From Balanoglossus misakiensis (taxonomy: Eukaryota > Animalia > Hemichordata): 64,000 nucleotides of DNA. A program made the translations under genes and the position numbers. The notes beneath the pieces are model-generated. The model had not been told where the DNA came from. It saw nothing but the letters and a program-made list of their open reading frames with translations, and made no database searches. This document shows, piece after piece, positions 24,792-38,295 of this stretch. The number at the start of each line of letters is the position of its first letter. Within the stretch, counting starts at the first letter, position 1. The DNA lies in the NCBI GenBank assembly GCA_040954595.2, contig CM082597.2, positions 4,779,244-4,843,243 of the forward strand, given 5' to 3'.

Positions 24792-26352
24792 CAAATCAGC
24801 TGCAGGGATAGGTGGCATCTTTGCCTTTTTCCTTGGTCCCTGCTGTGATGCATGCTGCCGCCTCGCTTCATATAAACAACTGCAAGTCATGCCAATAAGC
24901 TCAATTCTTAGATCAGGAAAATGAAGACGAGGTCGAAATAGAAGAACAAGTAGGAAATGAACCTCAGCTGTCAGCGAGGAAGAAATGAAATGTTAAGTTA
25001 ACGTTTCATTTAATTTCCCGAATGTAAGTCGAAAAATATGTCCAACTAATTTCGGGTGGGTACGATTATATACCGTTGCTTCCTGGTAACACGATACTCA
25101 CCCACTACCGTACTTGCTGTCCACTTGTTCGTGCGCATTGCATTTATCCTCACAATGACAAGATTGCTGAGAAGAACAATGCAGACAGAAAGACAAAAAT
25201 GGGGATATAACAGAAACATACATACACACATACAAATGTACATGTACAGTACCATTTTAACGGGACCCTGTGAAACATCTGATCTGTGTATCTTATGAAG
25301 ATCACATATTAAGCCAGAGAATGAATAAAGGTGTCCACCACAGCGCCGCAATGATGCCAGTGATGGTAGAAAGCAAAACATTAACTACCCTGAAATATAT
25401 TTGATAAATAAAACGGTTGACAGCTAATTTATTTCTGTGAGCGTAATTTTATAAAATGATGAAGGCCGGTGTGATAATCAGGTTATTGTATTGTCGCGAA
25501 AACCTACATATGTCGGACCTAACGTCAAATTACGTAATGTCACGTCACCCGCATCAACCAGTCAATATTGTAGAGTAGTAAGCACGGAATCTGATTAAGG
25601 TGCAATTAATTCAATGAAAACCTGAGGCGCGTGTGATAAAATCGAGCTATAATGCAGCTATATTATGAGTTTTAATCAGTGAATATTTCACCTGTACGTC
25701 TAGAATATCCATGACACGTATACAGGCAAGAAAATGGCAGAACTTGGCATTTCAAAACTTGGTTTCTGTGAAGTCCATAATTATGATATTTACCTATCGC
25801 TACAGAGCTTTATGCGTAAATGCATACAGCAGTAGAAAATATCTGACAGAGGGTGGGTATGACGAACATAAGGGCTCTTAGTTTTCTTTGGTATTTTGTG
25901 CCTGTCAATATTCACGACGATCGCCTGCTCCATCCGTGTTTTGTCGGATACACGTTTAACTCAGTGTAATTTGATCTAGACCAAAGAGTGATAGTTTTAT
26001 TATTTTAATTACCCGCATCCCAGACTCCTTTTTAATCACTCGACATTAAGAATAAATTGACAGGGATTACCATGGTTACTAGTAGGCTATCACAAGAATA
26101 GGCGCCTTGTTCCAGCCTCCTGTTGTAGTGTTTACAATTGGCTTATTCCGGGGAAACGTGAACAACGAAAAAATGCTATATTAAAGAGAAATGCAATAGG
26201 CCTCATCAGGTGATCTTACGTTAATGGTTGGCTAGATTTAAGGTTGACGCAATATGCTGGCATGAAACTTCACTGTATTAGACGCCCAGTATAGTACTGA
26301 CGCCGGAAAATTCCACCATCAATTAAAACCATGGGCTATTTTGATAAGCTAA

Positions 26353-26551
26353 GGGACCGGTCAGTTTCTTCAGCCGGGTGGGGGGGGGGGGGGTGGTGGA
26401 TTCTATTTTGTGGATATCAAAAAGTGACTGACCCCTCCTATTAAAAATTGAAAAGTGGGTGACTCCACAGTGCCCCCCTCCATCACCCTATTACAAAACA
26501 GACTGACCTCCCCATGAATCAACCCCCCGGCCGAAGAAATTGACCAGTCCC
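26353..26551. mobile_element. 199 bp MITE, PIF/Harbinger (Tourist)-like, TAA target duplication
   Basis: taa|gggaccggtcagtttcttcagccggg ... cccggccgaagaaattgaccagtccc|taa; ~26 bp TIR with few mismatches; internal poly-G. Confidence 0.88.
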
Positions 26552-29500
26552 TAATCTGCATGGTCGTTCTCATGCATCGCCCAGACACAATTGCATAACC
26601 GGGTGATGTCGCTATGGCATTTTTTGCAACTCCGAAAAATCGCGCACATCATAGCCGTCTAGTAGGATATGGCTATCGTTGACAACAGCAGCGGTGTATC
26701 GCTTTCCACAGCGCTGTGTTTGCCAAGCCGGCTATAAATGATCGCTGTACGTTCACTGCGAGACAAAGTTTGTTTGCTGCCCCGTGCGCATTTCCCGCTC
26801 GGCGACTTTATTATTCAGACTACACGCATCTGTGACTGGCCATAAAGCGATCGTTAAAAAGCACTCGGGTGATAAATTAACGCGAGACGCGGGTCTGGAG
26901 AACATGACGACCCATGTCATGCAACAGCAAACTTGCGAATGCGGTTACGTTGCCATTTATCAAATGTTCTGACATCCTAGTGATTAACATGCAGTATTGA
27001 AAATTCACAAAGGCTCTGAGTTTCGCGATGCACAATGCAGCCATATTTAAGCCCTGACAGCAGTTCTGTATTGAAACAGATGCACGTTGTGAGCTCTGTC
27101 ATACATAATGGCTCCAGTGTTATTTTTTGGCCGCATCTGACACAGAACACAGGCGCCTTATGTGACCCACATTCGCGGTAGGTTTTGTTATGTACGCTGT
27201 GTTTTTCCCATGGTTTGAGAGACTAGCAATTACATCATGCCTGGATAGTACAGTCCGCCGCCACTCCCTGCCTGGAGTACAGTTGTCGGCTCACTGAAGC
27301 GTACAGCAAAGACAACCGGTGCCCTCAATTAGTGTCTTCAATCGCCGCCTCGCTTTTTCTCTGAACTCCCGGCTCACGACTTCCGGCGCACCACAAGGTG
27401 ACATTGTACTAATAATAGTTTGTACTTTTAAATGAGCTACTCGCCAAGGACTACTCTAGGCAAAAGAAACATGTACGGCACAGGAAACGTGCTTGCTTTA
27501 TTGGATGAAAAAAAATAAACGGCATAGAAGCCAACTCTCTCTCTACTTTAATAGTAAAGTTAAATATACTACTCTATGTACCAATTAACTGATTTTGGAT
27601 TCGCATCTGAATGATTCCGCTCGGTAACATTTTCTGAATACTGATGAAACTTACACATACATACTCGTAGTTTCTTGTACATTATACTTTTTTGTTGTAC
27701 TGCAGTACTACTGCAGCAGAAAATAGACACGGTGCATCTCGTAAAAAATGACTTATGCCCAGCACAGACACCGGGCGGAGGTCATGGGAGTTCTATTATT
27801 ACCGCATATATTCCCTCATATTCCCAATACGTGGAAACACTGCATAATTTCTAGTTGAAACGTATGTATTGACAAGTATTGGTAAAAGGCGAAGGTGGGG
27901 TTAACTTACTTACAAGAGGACACACAAGGTGAAATATACATTATGTATCGTCTCATTTGTAAGTTGTACTTGTATTACCTTGCTCAAAGAAAGATTATCT
28001 GAACACGGGTCAATTATATGAATACAACATCACCGTGAAGCAAATATGACAGCAAAAGCTACCAAAAGAAGGAATTATTTACGGAGATGCAATCGCCACG
28101 TTGACTGACTTTGTTATCATACGGTATATTCAGCGATGTTAATCCGTGAGAGAAATGGAAATGTATGGGAATAATAGTTAACCGTATCGGAGGTGAAATG
28201 AGCTGCCGTAATTCAAGCTATGACAGCTGTGCTAGAATAAACAGTACCTGGTCATTACAGAACACATTTGCTGGTTATCCCTTCAGTGAAACATTACTTC
28301 AATTTGTCTTCAATTTGCAAATTGACTGATAGGTTGGTTTCTAAACCACACTCATAGTTCTCAATAAAGGTAAGAACATTAGGTATTATTGGAATATGCC
28401 GGTTAAGTCATGGTCCATTTGGAAAGACATAAAGATATAGGGACAGACAGAAAATCTGAGATTATCTAAATGTGGACATGCATGCATTTGTGCACATAGG
28501 TAGGCAAGTAGGTGTGGACAGAGACAGACAGAGATAGATAGACAGAATGGCACTGGTGAGGTTATTATTGTTATTGATGTATAAGAGACAATAAATAATA
28601 TGTTTGATGCAATGATGAGAAACGTGGCAATCTTGCAGGGATGTCCCATGCTGACAGACAGAACAATATGTTACGTCGTCATAGCAACTTGACTGATAGT
28701 TGAATTAAATGAGAGAAGCCCAAATTGAGTCCGTTGAGATTAGCGAGGGTTTAGAATTTTCAGGCCAAGTACTATGGCAAATGTATTACTCGTGCAAACT
28801 GACTCCAAGTCAAGTGTTTGCGAAGGCAGGCATACAACTAGACGTGTGTGATGAGTATATACATTCGCGGTGTACGCGTACTTTAGATACCTTGTCAGAA
28901 TTCTAAACACACATCCGCCCTTCCGATTGGTAATAAACTACCCGAGTCATTCACTCACAAAGGCAAACGTCAATCACGATTTTCAACAGTCAGGGTGGCA
29001 GACGATAATTTGTGCAGTCGCCGCCGCCATCTTGGTGGTATTTACTAAAGCCTGCTTACACACAGCTTCACAATAAGGGTACACAGGTGGTTGTGTCGTG
29101 TCGTACAAATCAGCGCTGTGTCAACCGGTTGAAAGACGGCCATCTCGGGTTTATCAGTGAAACATCTCCTCGGCAGGAAATTGAAACTCAAAATACAAAA
29201 TAAACCGACGTGTCACACAATGGCCGAATGCAATCAAGGCACGACGGATAACCCATCCATCACCGTTATCTCTCCATCGCATCCAATGCAATCGATTGGG
29301 ATATTTTTCTGAGGAATTTTCAATTGAGCAAATTTGACAATAAAATATCCGAGAAAGGAAAATCACGCTGGCTGCAGTGACCTGAGATAAGTGATCAATA
29401 AATGTTGATTGTTTGTTTGGTCTTTTTTGTTATCCAAGCAAGCAAAGGCTAGTAATTGCCTTTTCCGATCAATGACATTCAATGTAATGTGTCAACAAAC

Positions 29501-29685
29501 TCGTTGAAGAAGAGGCAACTTATTGCCGTGATTCCCGTGGGAGGGGGTTAGTTCTGTCTATGTTACCACAACTTTCTTCAAAATGATGTGTTAATTGTTT
29601 ATGCAATACTGTCAGATTTCATATGCAAGGTTTTGCTCCCCATAAGGACAATTATGGCTATTAAGTTCTCATGGTTTCTTGTGTC

Positions 29686-29687
<2 letters not shown>

Positions 29688-29717
<30 letters not shown>

Positions 29718-29731
29718 CCAACATCATCATT
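29688..29731. repeat. (CAT)n microsatellite
   Basis: Directly visible. Confidence 0.92.
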
Positions 29732-30607
29732 AACAAAACCAGCACGATGAAGGCAAAATCACTAACTAAACAAATATACAACCCGAATCAATGCCTGCAA
29801 ACTCCTAATGATCAACTGACAGGGAAATCGACTGCATAGTTTATTACGCTCCGGCAGCTGAGACAAATGAATTACTACGGGGTCAACCAGGGGACACGAC
29901 AGCAGCTAATTACTGATAGGGAAATCAATACGGAACGTGGCGATAAAGAATCCTTCCAGGTGACATGTTTGTTACCTTTCTCTAATCTCATCAGCCAAAA
30001 CACCGTACAGCTATATACAGCGCACACACCTATATACAGCGCACACTTTCATATGTGTATGTTCAGAGCTCTTTAATATTTTTATTGACTAGAAGGATAT
30101 TTGCGTAGGTGTCCCAGTAATATGAAATGCTCTCCCCATCACGCTATTTATTCACGGTACTTAAACTTTTCATTCTATTGGGAATCAACAATGTCTGGCC
30201 AAGGGCAGGTTATTATGCAATGTCTGTAAGAAACAACATCATGTTTTGCAGAAGTGGAAGATAACACTCGTCTGATCATTACGACTGCCTATACTTGCAC
30301 GCATGCGCATAGTTCCGTGGAACAAGGATTAACAATTTGTCTTGTGTCATACATCCAGCAGTATGATACCGTTTTGTCGGATGCCGGCTAGGATCAAATG
30401 TAACTTGCGAGTCATTTGAAAGATTACGGGTGATGCTGGTCACCATGGTGATCTCGATGGTTGTCGTAAGTCGAACCATCGGGAGAGCGTAAACCATTAC
30501 ATAATTAAAAGGATGATGCATGCATTGGTTGTATCAGACAAGCAAATTATTTTCTTAGGTGTGTGTCCCAGTGTATGTATGTATGTATGTTTGAGTGGTT
30601 CCTATGC

Positions 30608-31652
30608 CTCTACAATATAGCCCTTCTTTCAAATCTTCTTTCAATCCTTTTAAAGCCCACACTATTAAGCCAGGTCACTTGGTTTTACATCAGTTTGTCA
30701 CCTCTTGGTGACACATACCACGATAGTATTGGACTCTTTTTATGGAGGCCGATAAAATTGGTGCGGCATCTGTTTAATATATCACTTGTTCAAATTACAA
30801 CATGCAGTAACAATAGTAAGCTTTGTTGAAGAGTGAAATCATAAAAAATAATGCAAAAACAGTGGCAGCTATTGGCTGTTTAACATAGCAAATGTCTGCA
30901 GTGCATAAGAAATGCCTTTTGATGTTTTTCGACACAAACCGCGAAAGCCAGCAAAGTACAATCACTGATCATGACACTCATAAGTAAGTGGAAGTGGAAC
31001 GCGATGACTTCTCGATAAATAGTGATTATTCGTTTCTAATTTGAATTCCCTGTAAGCACTGCAGTTCAGTACATTGCACATTTTTGTCGTCATGGATCCG
31101 TGAACATGCATTAGATTTTGTGGACTGGAAAGCTAATTTCATGTAGGAAAAATAATAGGGTCCAGAAATTCAATTTTCAATCTGTAACCCTTGTCATTTA
31201 TGTCTTTTTGATTTTAGCTTTCCAGGGACTTTCAAATTGTAAGAAGCCCCAGGGTTGGCCTGATCTTGATTATTTGTACAGAGGACTTCTCTATATGCAG
31301 CAGAATAATGTGTTTGTGTGATACATAAGTACTTTAAAGCCCAAAGAGCTGCCCCATTTTTGCATATTTTCATGGCTCTAACTTTCCAACTTAGATTGGT
31401 CCATCAAAATAAGCTAACTGATTGGTATACATGCATGAACATCTTATGTACACCTGATTGTGGCTGTATGTTGCAATTTACAATTGAACAAGTGAGATAT
31501 AAAACAGGTGACGCAACCATCTAAAGAGTACAAAACTATCGTGGCATGCATCGCCAAGAGATGATAAAAACTTATGCAAATACAAGTAGCAAGGCATGAT
31601 GGCGAGGCATTTAAAGGATAGAGAGAAGATTTGAAGTATTTTATTGTGTAGA
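30608..31652. mobile_element. Old ~1.05 kb element with ~190 bp degenerate inverted arms (30608-30807 and 31465-31652)
   Basis: Left arm ttcaaatcttct..atcctttt..tcttggtgacacataccacgatagtattggactcttt..tgtttaatatatcacttgttcaa matches the reverse complement of the right arm. ORF-track peptides on opposite strands mirror each other (LGDTYHDS..RHLFNISLVQ and LGDACHDS..RHLFYISLVQ). Confidence 0.75.
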
Positions 31653-31751
31653 AAAAATTGTGAAATTTGGCAACCCATGGGGTTTTAAATTTATACTTCT
31701 AATTACTGAAATGTACTATATGTTTGTCTGTGTGAGCTTTATGACAAGTGC

Positions 31752-31796
31752 CATCATCATCATCATTATCATCATCACCAGTACTACCATCATCAT
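31752..31796. repeat. Imperfect (CAT)n microsatellite
   Basis: Directly visible. Confidence 0.88.
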
Positions 31797-33110
31797 AGGT
31801 AGTAAAAAGAGTAGCGTTGGCGGCAACAGTAGTAGAGGCAATTTACCTGTCGTCATCGCCCAATGCAAAATGCACTCCACTACAATCAACATATTTATCT
31901 CAGCGAGCTCGCCGCCAACACAGTCCCATCTTTACTCACGCATCCATTCGCATTTCCATATATGTGGACATCAGATGGACACTTAGATTCCTATCTTCCA
32001 TCACATGACAAGCCCTTTTGGATTTTTGTGAGAGAGAAAAACGAGCAGACGTTGAACTCACTTAAATGCCACGCGATGTCATGGAAACAAAAATTAAAGT
32101 CATTTCCCGTGCCCTCAACGTAATAACACTTATGTTATCACTCTTAACACAAGCTATGAATTATAGAAGAGATGAAAAATCGCCCACGGTCAGATAAAAA
32201 AGGATATATCATCCTTTGGTGCGTAAACTATGATAAGTCATTGTGTGATTTCTCTTTCAGCAGACATTCTGGACTGCGCATCACCGAATAATTATTGCTT
32301 TACGTATAAGCAGCGGCCCACGAGACAGTTTCACCGGAACGAATTCATTTCTCCGACGGTGAACAGCGATGGCCACTCGCACAGGCAATCGAACTCCCAG
32401 CAGACCGCATGTATACAGGAGTCAATTTTACACGGCAAATTAAACAGGGCTAATGTAGAGGCAATAGGGGCTGCTGAATAATTCAAAGGGGAAACGTGAC
32501 TTAGAGATTTCTCTCGGACAATCTAAAAGCCATTTTGCTGGCTTTTAAGTGGCAGGTACTTTTCCCCCAAACTCCTACAGAGTTGCGAGACAGTTCCAGA
32601 AATAATTTTTATGATAGGATTCATACGTCACCAATGTCCTCACTGCTACTTCTTAGAACAATTGGTTGTCTCTACGATATGCCAATGATTTGGCTGTTAA
32701 TCGTGTGCCATCCATCTTCTTTTGTCTCACTAATTAGGAAAAAGGGGAAATACAATCCCGTCTGCGGCAGGCCAGGAAATAGGTCAGATGTAAAAACCGG
32801 TAATTAATGTTTTTTGAAAGATGAACGCCACTGAAATACTATGACTTCCTATGCTATTGCCCGCCGTTGGCTAAAGAAAGCCATGTTATATATATCCAAT
32901 GAAAATAAGAATTGAAGATGAATAAAAGACTATGCAGAAGTCAAGATGGTAATTTGTGATAAGTTGGGGAGTATTTCACATGATGGCATGTAGAAAAGTC
33001 TTCTTTTTTGTCACAATCTAGCACATTATTTCTCTCTGAAATTGTTAACGTTGAACAGAATCCAAATTGAAATATATTCATACATATATTATTTTTACCA
33101 ATCATTTAAA

Positions 33111-33175
33111 TAATCATGATACAGTGCGTTTTGAATGATTAATTAATCATGATACGGTGCGCTGTGAAAGATTAA
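33111..33175. repeat. 33 bp tandem duplication
   Basis: taatcatgatacagtgcgttttgaatgattaa and taatcatgatacggtgcgctgtgaaagattaa. Confidence 0.85.
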
Positions 33176-33279
33176 CACAAATGTTGGCACAGACCATGTT
33201 CATTGAAAGCTGTGTTTGCAAATGCAAATTCATTCATAAGAGACTATTTATATTATAATATTTTTTTGCCAAAAAGTCA

Positions 33280-33850
33280 ACTATCCGGTATGTTATTATA
33301 GGTTGGAGACTGTACGGTCAAAGCCATTGTCTGAATGTTAAATGCTAAAACAGGTACCAAAAAGCCCTCCTCATTTTTTCTGTGTTAATATACTATCAAG
33401 CCATCACGACTATTTTGGGGGCACAGATGACATGGAATTGATATGGGGGCAATAAACAAGATTGATTAATATTATGCTGGAATTACGAGCACTGTTCCAA
33501 TTTTAAACACTTTATATGTTGGTAATTTTCTGACATTTTAAACTCTGTTCTAATGTTTGTGTATATTGCGTGTAGGCTCGGGACTTGTGTGGGTGGTATT
33601 GTCTGGTACTCAGAATTGAAACAATTTATATAATGTAGCTGATATTCAGCAAGACTGGTGATCCGCGATATATCAGCCGGAATTGTCAGTCTGGTTGACT
33701 GCCAGATCTTCTGAGTACATATAGACTCTTCTTCAATGCAGATGACACCTCAAAAAATCAACGGGTCTCTTTTTGGATTTGGAAGTTGGGTCAATTCTGG
33801 CATACTTTACCAATTTTTTTAAAGATTATATTGCTGAGATGTTAATAGGC
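33280..33850 (-). mobile_element. Decayed 3' end of a CR1/L2-group LINE ORF2
   Basis: Frameshifted minus-strand peptides occur in the expected order: FKKLV..YVLRRS..IW..IPADISRITSLAEYQLHY (cf. WNxLPxxIxxxxSLxxFKxxL), then YCPxYQ (cf. FxCPxY), then LFGT..DN..FD..V.TY..HTR (cf. LLYG..N..IF..V..YI..T.RF). Manual reading only. Confidence 0.4.
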
Positions 33851-35425
33851 AGTAGGCTATTTTGATGACTTTATGAGTAGATTGCTGATTTCAACAGACC
33901 CAGCCTCACGTACACGTCACCGTATAAGTCTGCCTCTCGCCACGTACATGTATGTGTAGCGACGATTGTAATATCCGTTTGCGCACCCAATTATCAGCTA
34001 CAGCAGAGTGGGTGGGTATTACATTCAGAGGCTGTTTAACGTGGCTGAACTAGCATTTTAGGGAGATTATTTGCAACTCCTAAAACGGTTTTCCGATATA
34101 ATGTTGTCACTTTGGCTGAAGGCGTAGGCCATTGGAATTGTACATATGTGACTGTACAGCTGTTTGCTAGTATCTGGTATAGGACCTTGATTAGAGCTGG
34201 ATTCAGTGAGTGTAATACTGTGTGCACGACTCTTTTAAAACCTCTGTAATACGTCTTTATCGTGTGATTTAAAACGTAACCCAGTAGTTCTTTAGTAGTC
34301 TTCGCCATTTAAGAGGATAGTCTGTTTAAATAGGCTCAGGTGGTCAAAGGTCGGTTGCATACATTTTGAGGACATGATCCTGAGTGTATTTCAAATCAAT
34401 TTGGTAATCGATATAGAAAGCGAAGGGGAAACAAAATTATAAGCCTATAGACAGTTTCGGTGGGATGAGAATAGCAATGAGCAGTGGTGATGCGACATAA
34501 CAGGAGATAATGATTTAATCAGTCGCTAAGTATGTAATTTACCTTTCAAATAATGGTTTGCAATCAGCGTAGTCGTGGAGATCGCATTGCCCACGCGGCT
34601 TACGCTTTAATGTGATATGATCAAATCAGCGCTTGTGTACAGCACACGGTACAGATGAGAGATATGACTTCCTCCGTCGTCTTCGCTGATTTGATTGCAA
34701 CCGTATTAGGCGATAAGATCGCGTTCGTTCAGCGAGAGATGATGTACTTCAGATATTGGATCACTAGGCCCCTCTCTGTGTCCACACGCTACCTTGCGAG
34801 AGACGTGAACACCCTCCCTTCATTTTCAAATTCTGTTTGCACCTCCGCTCCCACGGAAAAAAATCCTACCCTGAACGGAAAGCAGAGAGCGTACCCGTCA
34901 GGTTGTTTCTGTGATCTGTAGCTGTCCATGGGTATGATTTAAACGTCTCACAGACTTCATTATCGTATAGGAGGTTGTCCGGAAGAAAAAGTTCTCAGCT
35001 TAAAATTTGTGTACATACAATGAAGTGCCATTTTAAATTTGCTCCCGCCATCAATGTTGTCACACCAGGCATCCAACATACAGCCTTAGCACGCCCACGT
35101 GCCAGTTCACATTACCCAGACTTTAACGCATTCTCCCAGTTCATTTTAACGTCATTTAATTTCCTGATGTATCGAGACACAATGGACAGCAGCTCCCCCA
35201 AGAGACCAATGAGCAGAGAAAAGGGTCCGGGGAAACGAGCGCCTGTAATTAACGGCGGTAATTCCAGCGTACATACCGCGAGCAGGTAACGGTACCCGGA
35301 AAAAGGCTGGACGTTGCGGTAATTATTTTTAATAACTGACTGTCATAACCGGCACCCTTAGAGACATGACCTTGGACGGTGGAACTAAACTGGAAAAGAT
35401 GAGAATAACCAGTTGATACACTTAC

Positions 35426-35677
35426 CGTCGGATTCTCCACAGCGCGACGATGCAACAGTGCTTACGCAGTAGACGGCTTAGTACCGACCCTCGTTTTTTT
35501 AGAAACAGCTGGAAATGTTCAGAAACGGCGAATACTATATCTTCACGTGCTTGTCAGTGATCTCTTCTTTATCCTCAGAAAGCAGGACACCACAATCGGT
35601 TTCAAGGCCATTGTAGTAGATAGGTTGCCTAGTCCAAACGCAATAAAAGCACAGCTTCTTGACTTCAGCGTGTTCAC
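35426..35677 (-). other. Candidate non-coding exon (stops in all three frames)
   Basis: Acceptor ttgtcttttccagcacAG|gtgaac (exon start 35677) and donor gacg|GTAAGT (35425-35420), inside a CpG-richer 34.6-36.2 kb region. Confidence 0.3.
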
Positions 35678-38295
35678 CTGTGCTGGAAAAGACAATGAAC
35701 GTATGCAATTGATGGCAGGTCAGCCACGGGGAAGAAAAAGTTGAAACTGTGGAGCTTAGCCAGCAAGAAAACCACGGCGATATTCTAGCCGAGTCCGAAA
35801 GGCGAAATGATCAAGCAACAGTTTGACTAAGGAGAGAATTTGCCGCTGACAATGAGATTGCTGGATTGTGGCGCCGATTTGATTGAAACAAGAGCTCGAA
35901 CAGAAGTAATTTCGTAGACCCGGTCGTCTGCGTGACTACCGATGTAATGTTCAGCTCGTATTTACTTCGCAGAGGCAACTGTGCAGCACTCTTATTCTGC
36001 GAGGCTCCTCAGCACGCCGTAAATTATCACGTTCGACGGTCTAGCGGCGCTGTTGCATCAAATAGAGCAAATCTTGCGCAGACGCAATTTAACTGCAATA
36101 TCAGCTGAGGTTTTCTGCATGCGGGGATTAAATCATGAGTGCAGGGGCTCTAGGCGCCTTCGGTCTCTCGCATAGGACTGTTTACATTGTTATTTTCATG
36201 TACTAAATGATAAAACACAAGGCAGGGAGACCAGAAATATGTCACGTGCTGAGACACTGGTCAATGTACGGTGAATAGACATGTGCAATGATGTTCCCCG
36301 AGCAAAAGAAAGAGGTGGACTGAGGACACATTCATGGTGGAAATGTGGTAAATATATCTGTTATTCTCTGTCAGCCAATATATACCTACAGTTGGATGTT
36401 TAGGTCAGACAGAAATATGTCAATAAGTGGCTAGGTCAAATTAAATGAGAAATACTTCGCTATCAGAAGATTGAAGATAACAATGTTGACAACGATAGCT
36501 CTTGTGAAGGAATGAATACATGAACGGAGGTATGTCACCAGGCGGTTTTGTGTAATTAGAAATGTGAATAGTTCCCCAATGTTTACAATTGACATTACAA
36601 TTCACATGGTTAAACATGATAATTTATTGAAACACATTGTGGACAAGAGAAATAAAAGTGCTATGTTTATATCACCACCATAAAATAAATGTGCATATCC
36701 ATGGTAACGGAACATGCCGATAAAAGAAAATGTTCTCTCTGCGGTCAGTACGTGACGCGCCAAGAGTACCGTTGGTGCAATTTGTCAGCCTAGGGAAAAC
36801 TACTCAGTCAAATATCACGGTACACATATGTAGTCAATTGCTTCCAGCCCTTCATTTTAGTGCATGTCTTTTCCCAGAGAGGACACTTTCTTATAGCTCG
36901 CCAGATATTGATCATGATAGATTAGCGTGCTCATACCACATTGATTTCTAAGATAGAGACGGCAGATGCGCCTGCCCTAATTTGGAATACAGTTTTTGTA
37001 AGCATCGAAGTCTGCGAATCGATAATGATCGAATTTGGCTGCCTGTCTTTCCGACACAGTCACCATTACCAGCCCTGCACTTTTTGTCACAATCGCCTTA
37101 TTCAAGTCTTTCCTTCACTGAAAGGATTCACTGGCATGGCCATGGGCTAGGTAATAATCAGTCAGAAATCACATTGCACAAACTTGTACAGGATAAATAT
37201 TCCTCAGATATTACAATGAAACACACAGTCCATATTCCAATTTCGTAGCGACTTGTGTATTTTCCTGTGGCCTACGCACGAATTACAGTGAAGGTTATCT
37301 TACTGTACTATGACGACCCTGATTGAAGGCAGATATCATAGGCAGATAATACATCAAGCTCATGCATGATGTAACCTTTGATTTAAGTTAACGGATAAGC
37401 ATATACTGACTGTATTTGTCTAAAATCAAACCAAATCAACAACATATTACAAACCAAAACAAGTACTTAGGGTATCTTATCTTATCTGGAACATAGCGTC
37501 ACTGTTCCCAGCCCTGAAACATACGGAAACATTTGGAATCCAATTGCTTTTTCCCTGAGAAGTAATGGTTGCATTTACATTGTGTCGTGTGAGGAATAAG
37601 CATAGGGCGTTCGCAAAAAAATGTAATTACTAATGCACAAATGGTGTTTACCCTGGAGGCAAGATTCAACCTACAAAGAACCAAGAACCAAGTGTGACCT
37701 ACTTCTTTTCTGCTTTGTAACAGTCGTAACGCCCAGCCTAGCCTAATTGATACAGTTCATGCTGACAGTTCATGTCCTGAAAAAATTAGACCACAATTCC
37801 TTATATGGTACCATTTAACAGAGAACATTCAAGAGTGGTGGGGATCCTTCACAGTCTGGTTTACTGCAAAATATCTCCCTTTAAAAGCAGAAAACGATTT
37901 CTTTGAGAATAATCCACGTTTTTTACCTCAAGAACGCTGATTTACAGTTGAAAGAGCTCTCTTTAGATATTTGTTCGATACAGGAGTCGGGCACTACGAC
38001 TAATTGTGCGTCATCTGGAATAGACCACTCGAACACATGTCGATAATACGACTTTTTAATTTTTTTTTCAAAGGATTGATTTATAGACACCATTCCCAGC
38101 AGGTAATTACGAAAAAAGCATTGGATGTGTTCACACACAAACTAGATCTCAAGTTGACCTTACCAAGAGAATAGAATACTTCTCGCATCAAAGTCATTGT
38201 CCCTTTGCATGCATTTCTTAATCAAAACAGTCACAATACAGAGAAAAATCATTGTGATGGTTAATATCAATGATTGGTGTGCTGTAGAATGTGAA

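Noticed and set aside
24563-24924. ORFs with MYVC/HTHT repeats
   Set aside because: Microsatellite translations.
24911-24988. Acidic peptide DQENEDEVEIEEQVGNEPQLSARKK* after a possible acceptor
   Set aside because: No upstream exon supplies an open frame; the 24620 donor has in-frame stops in that phase.
34921-34938. REST/RE1-like GCTGTCCATGG
   Set aside because: Only one half-site matches.
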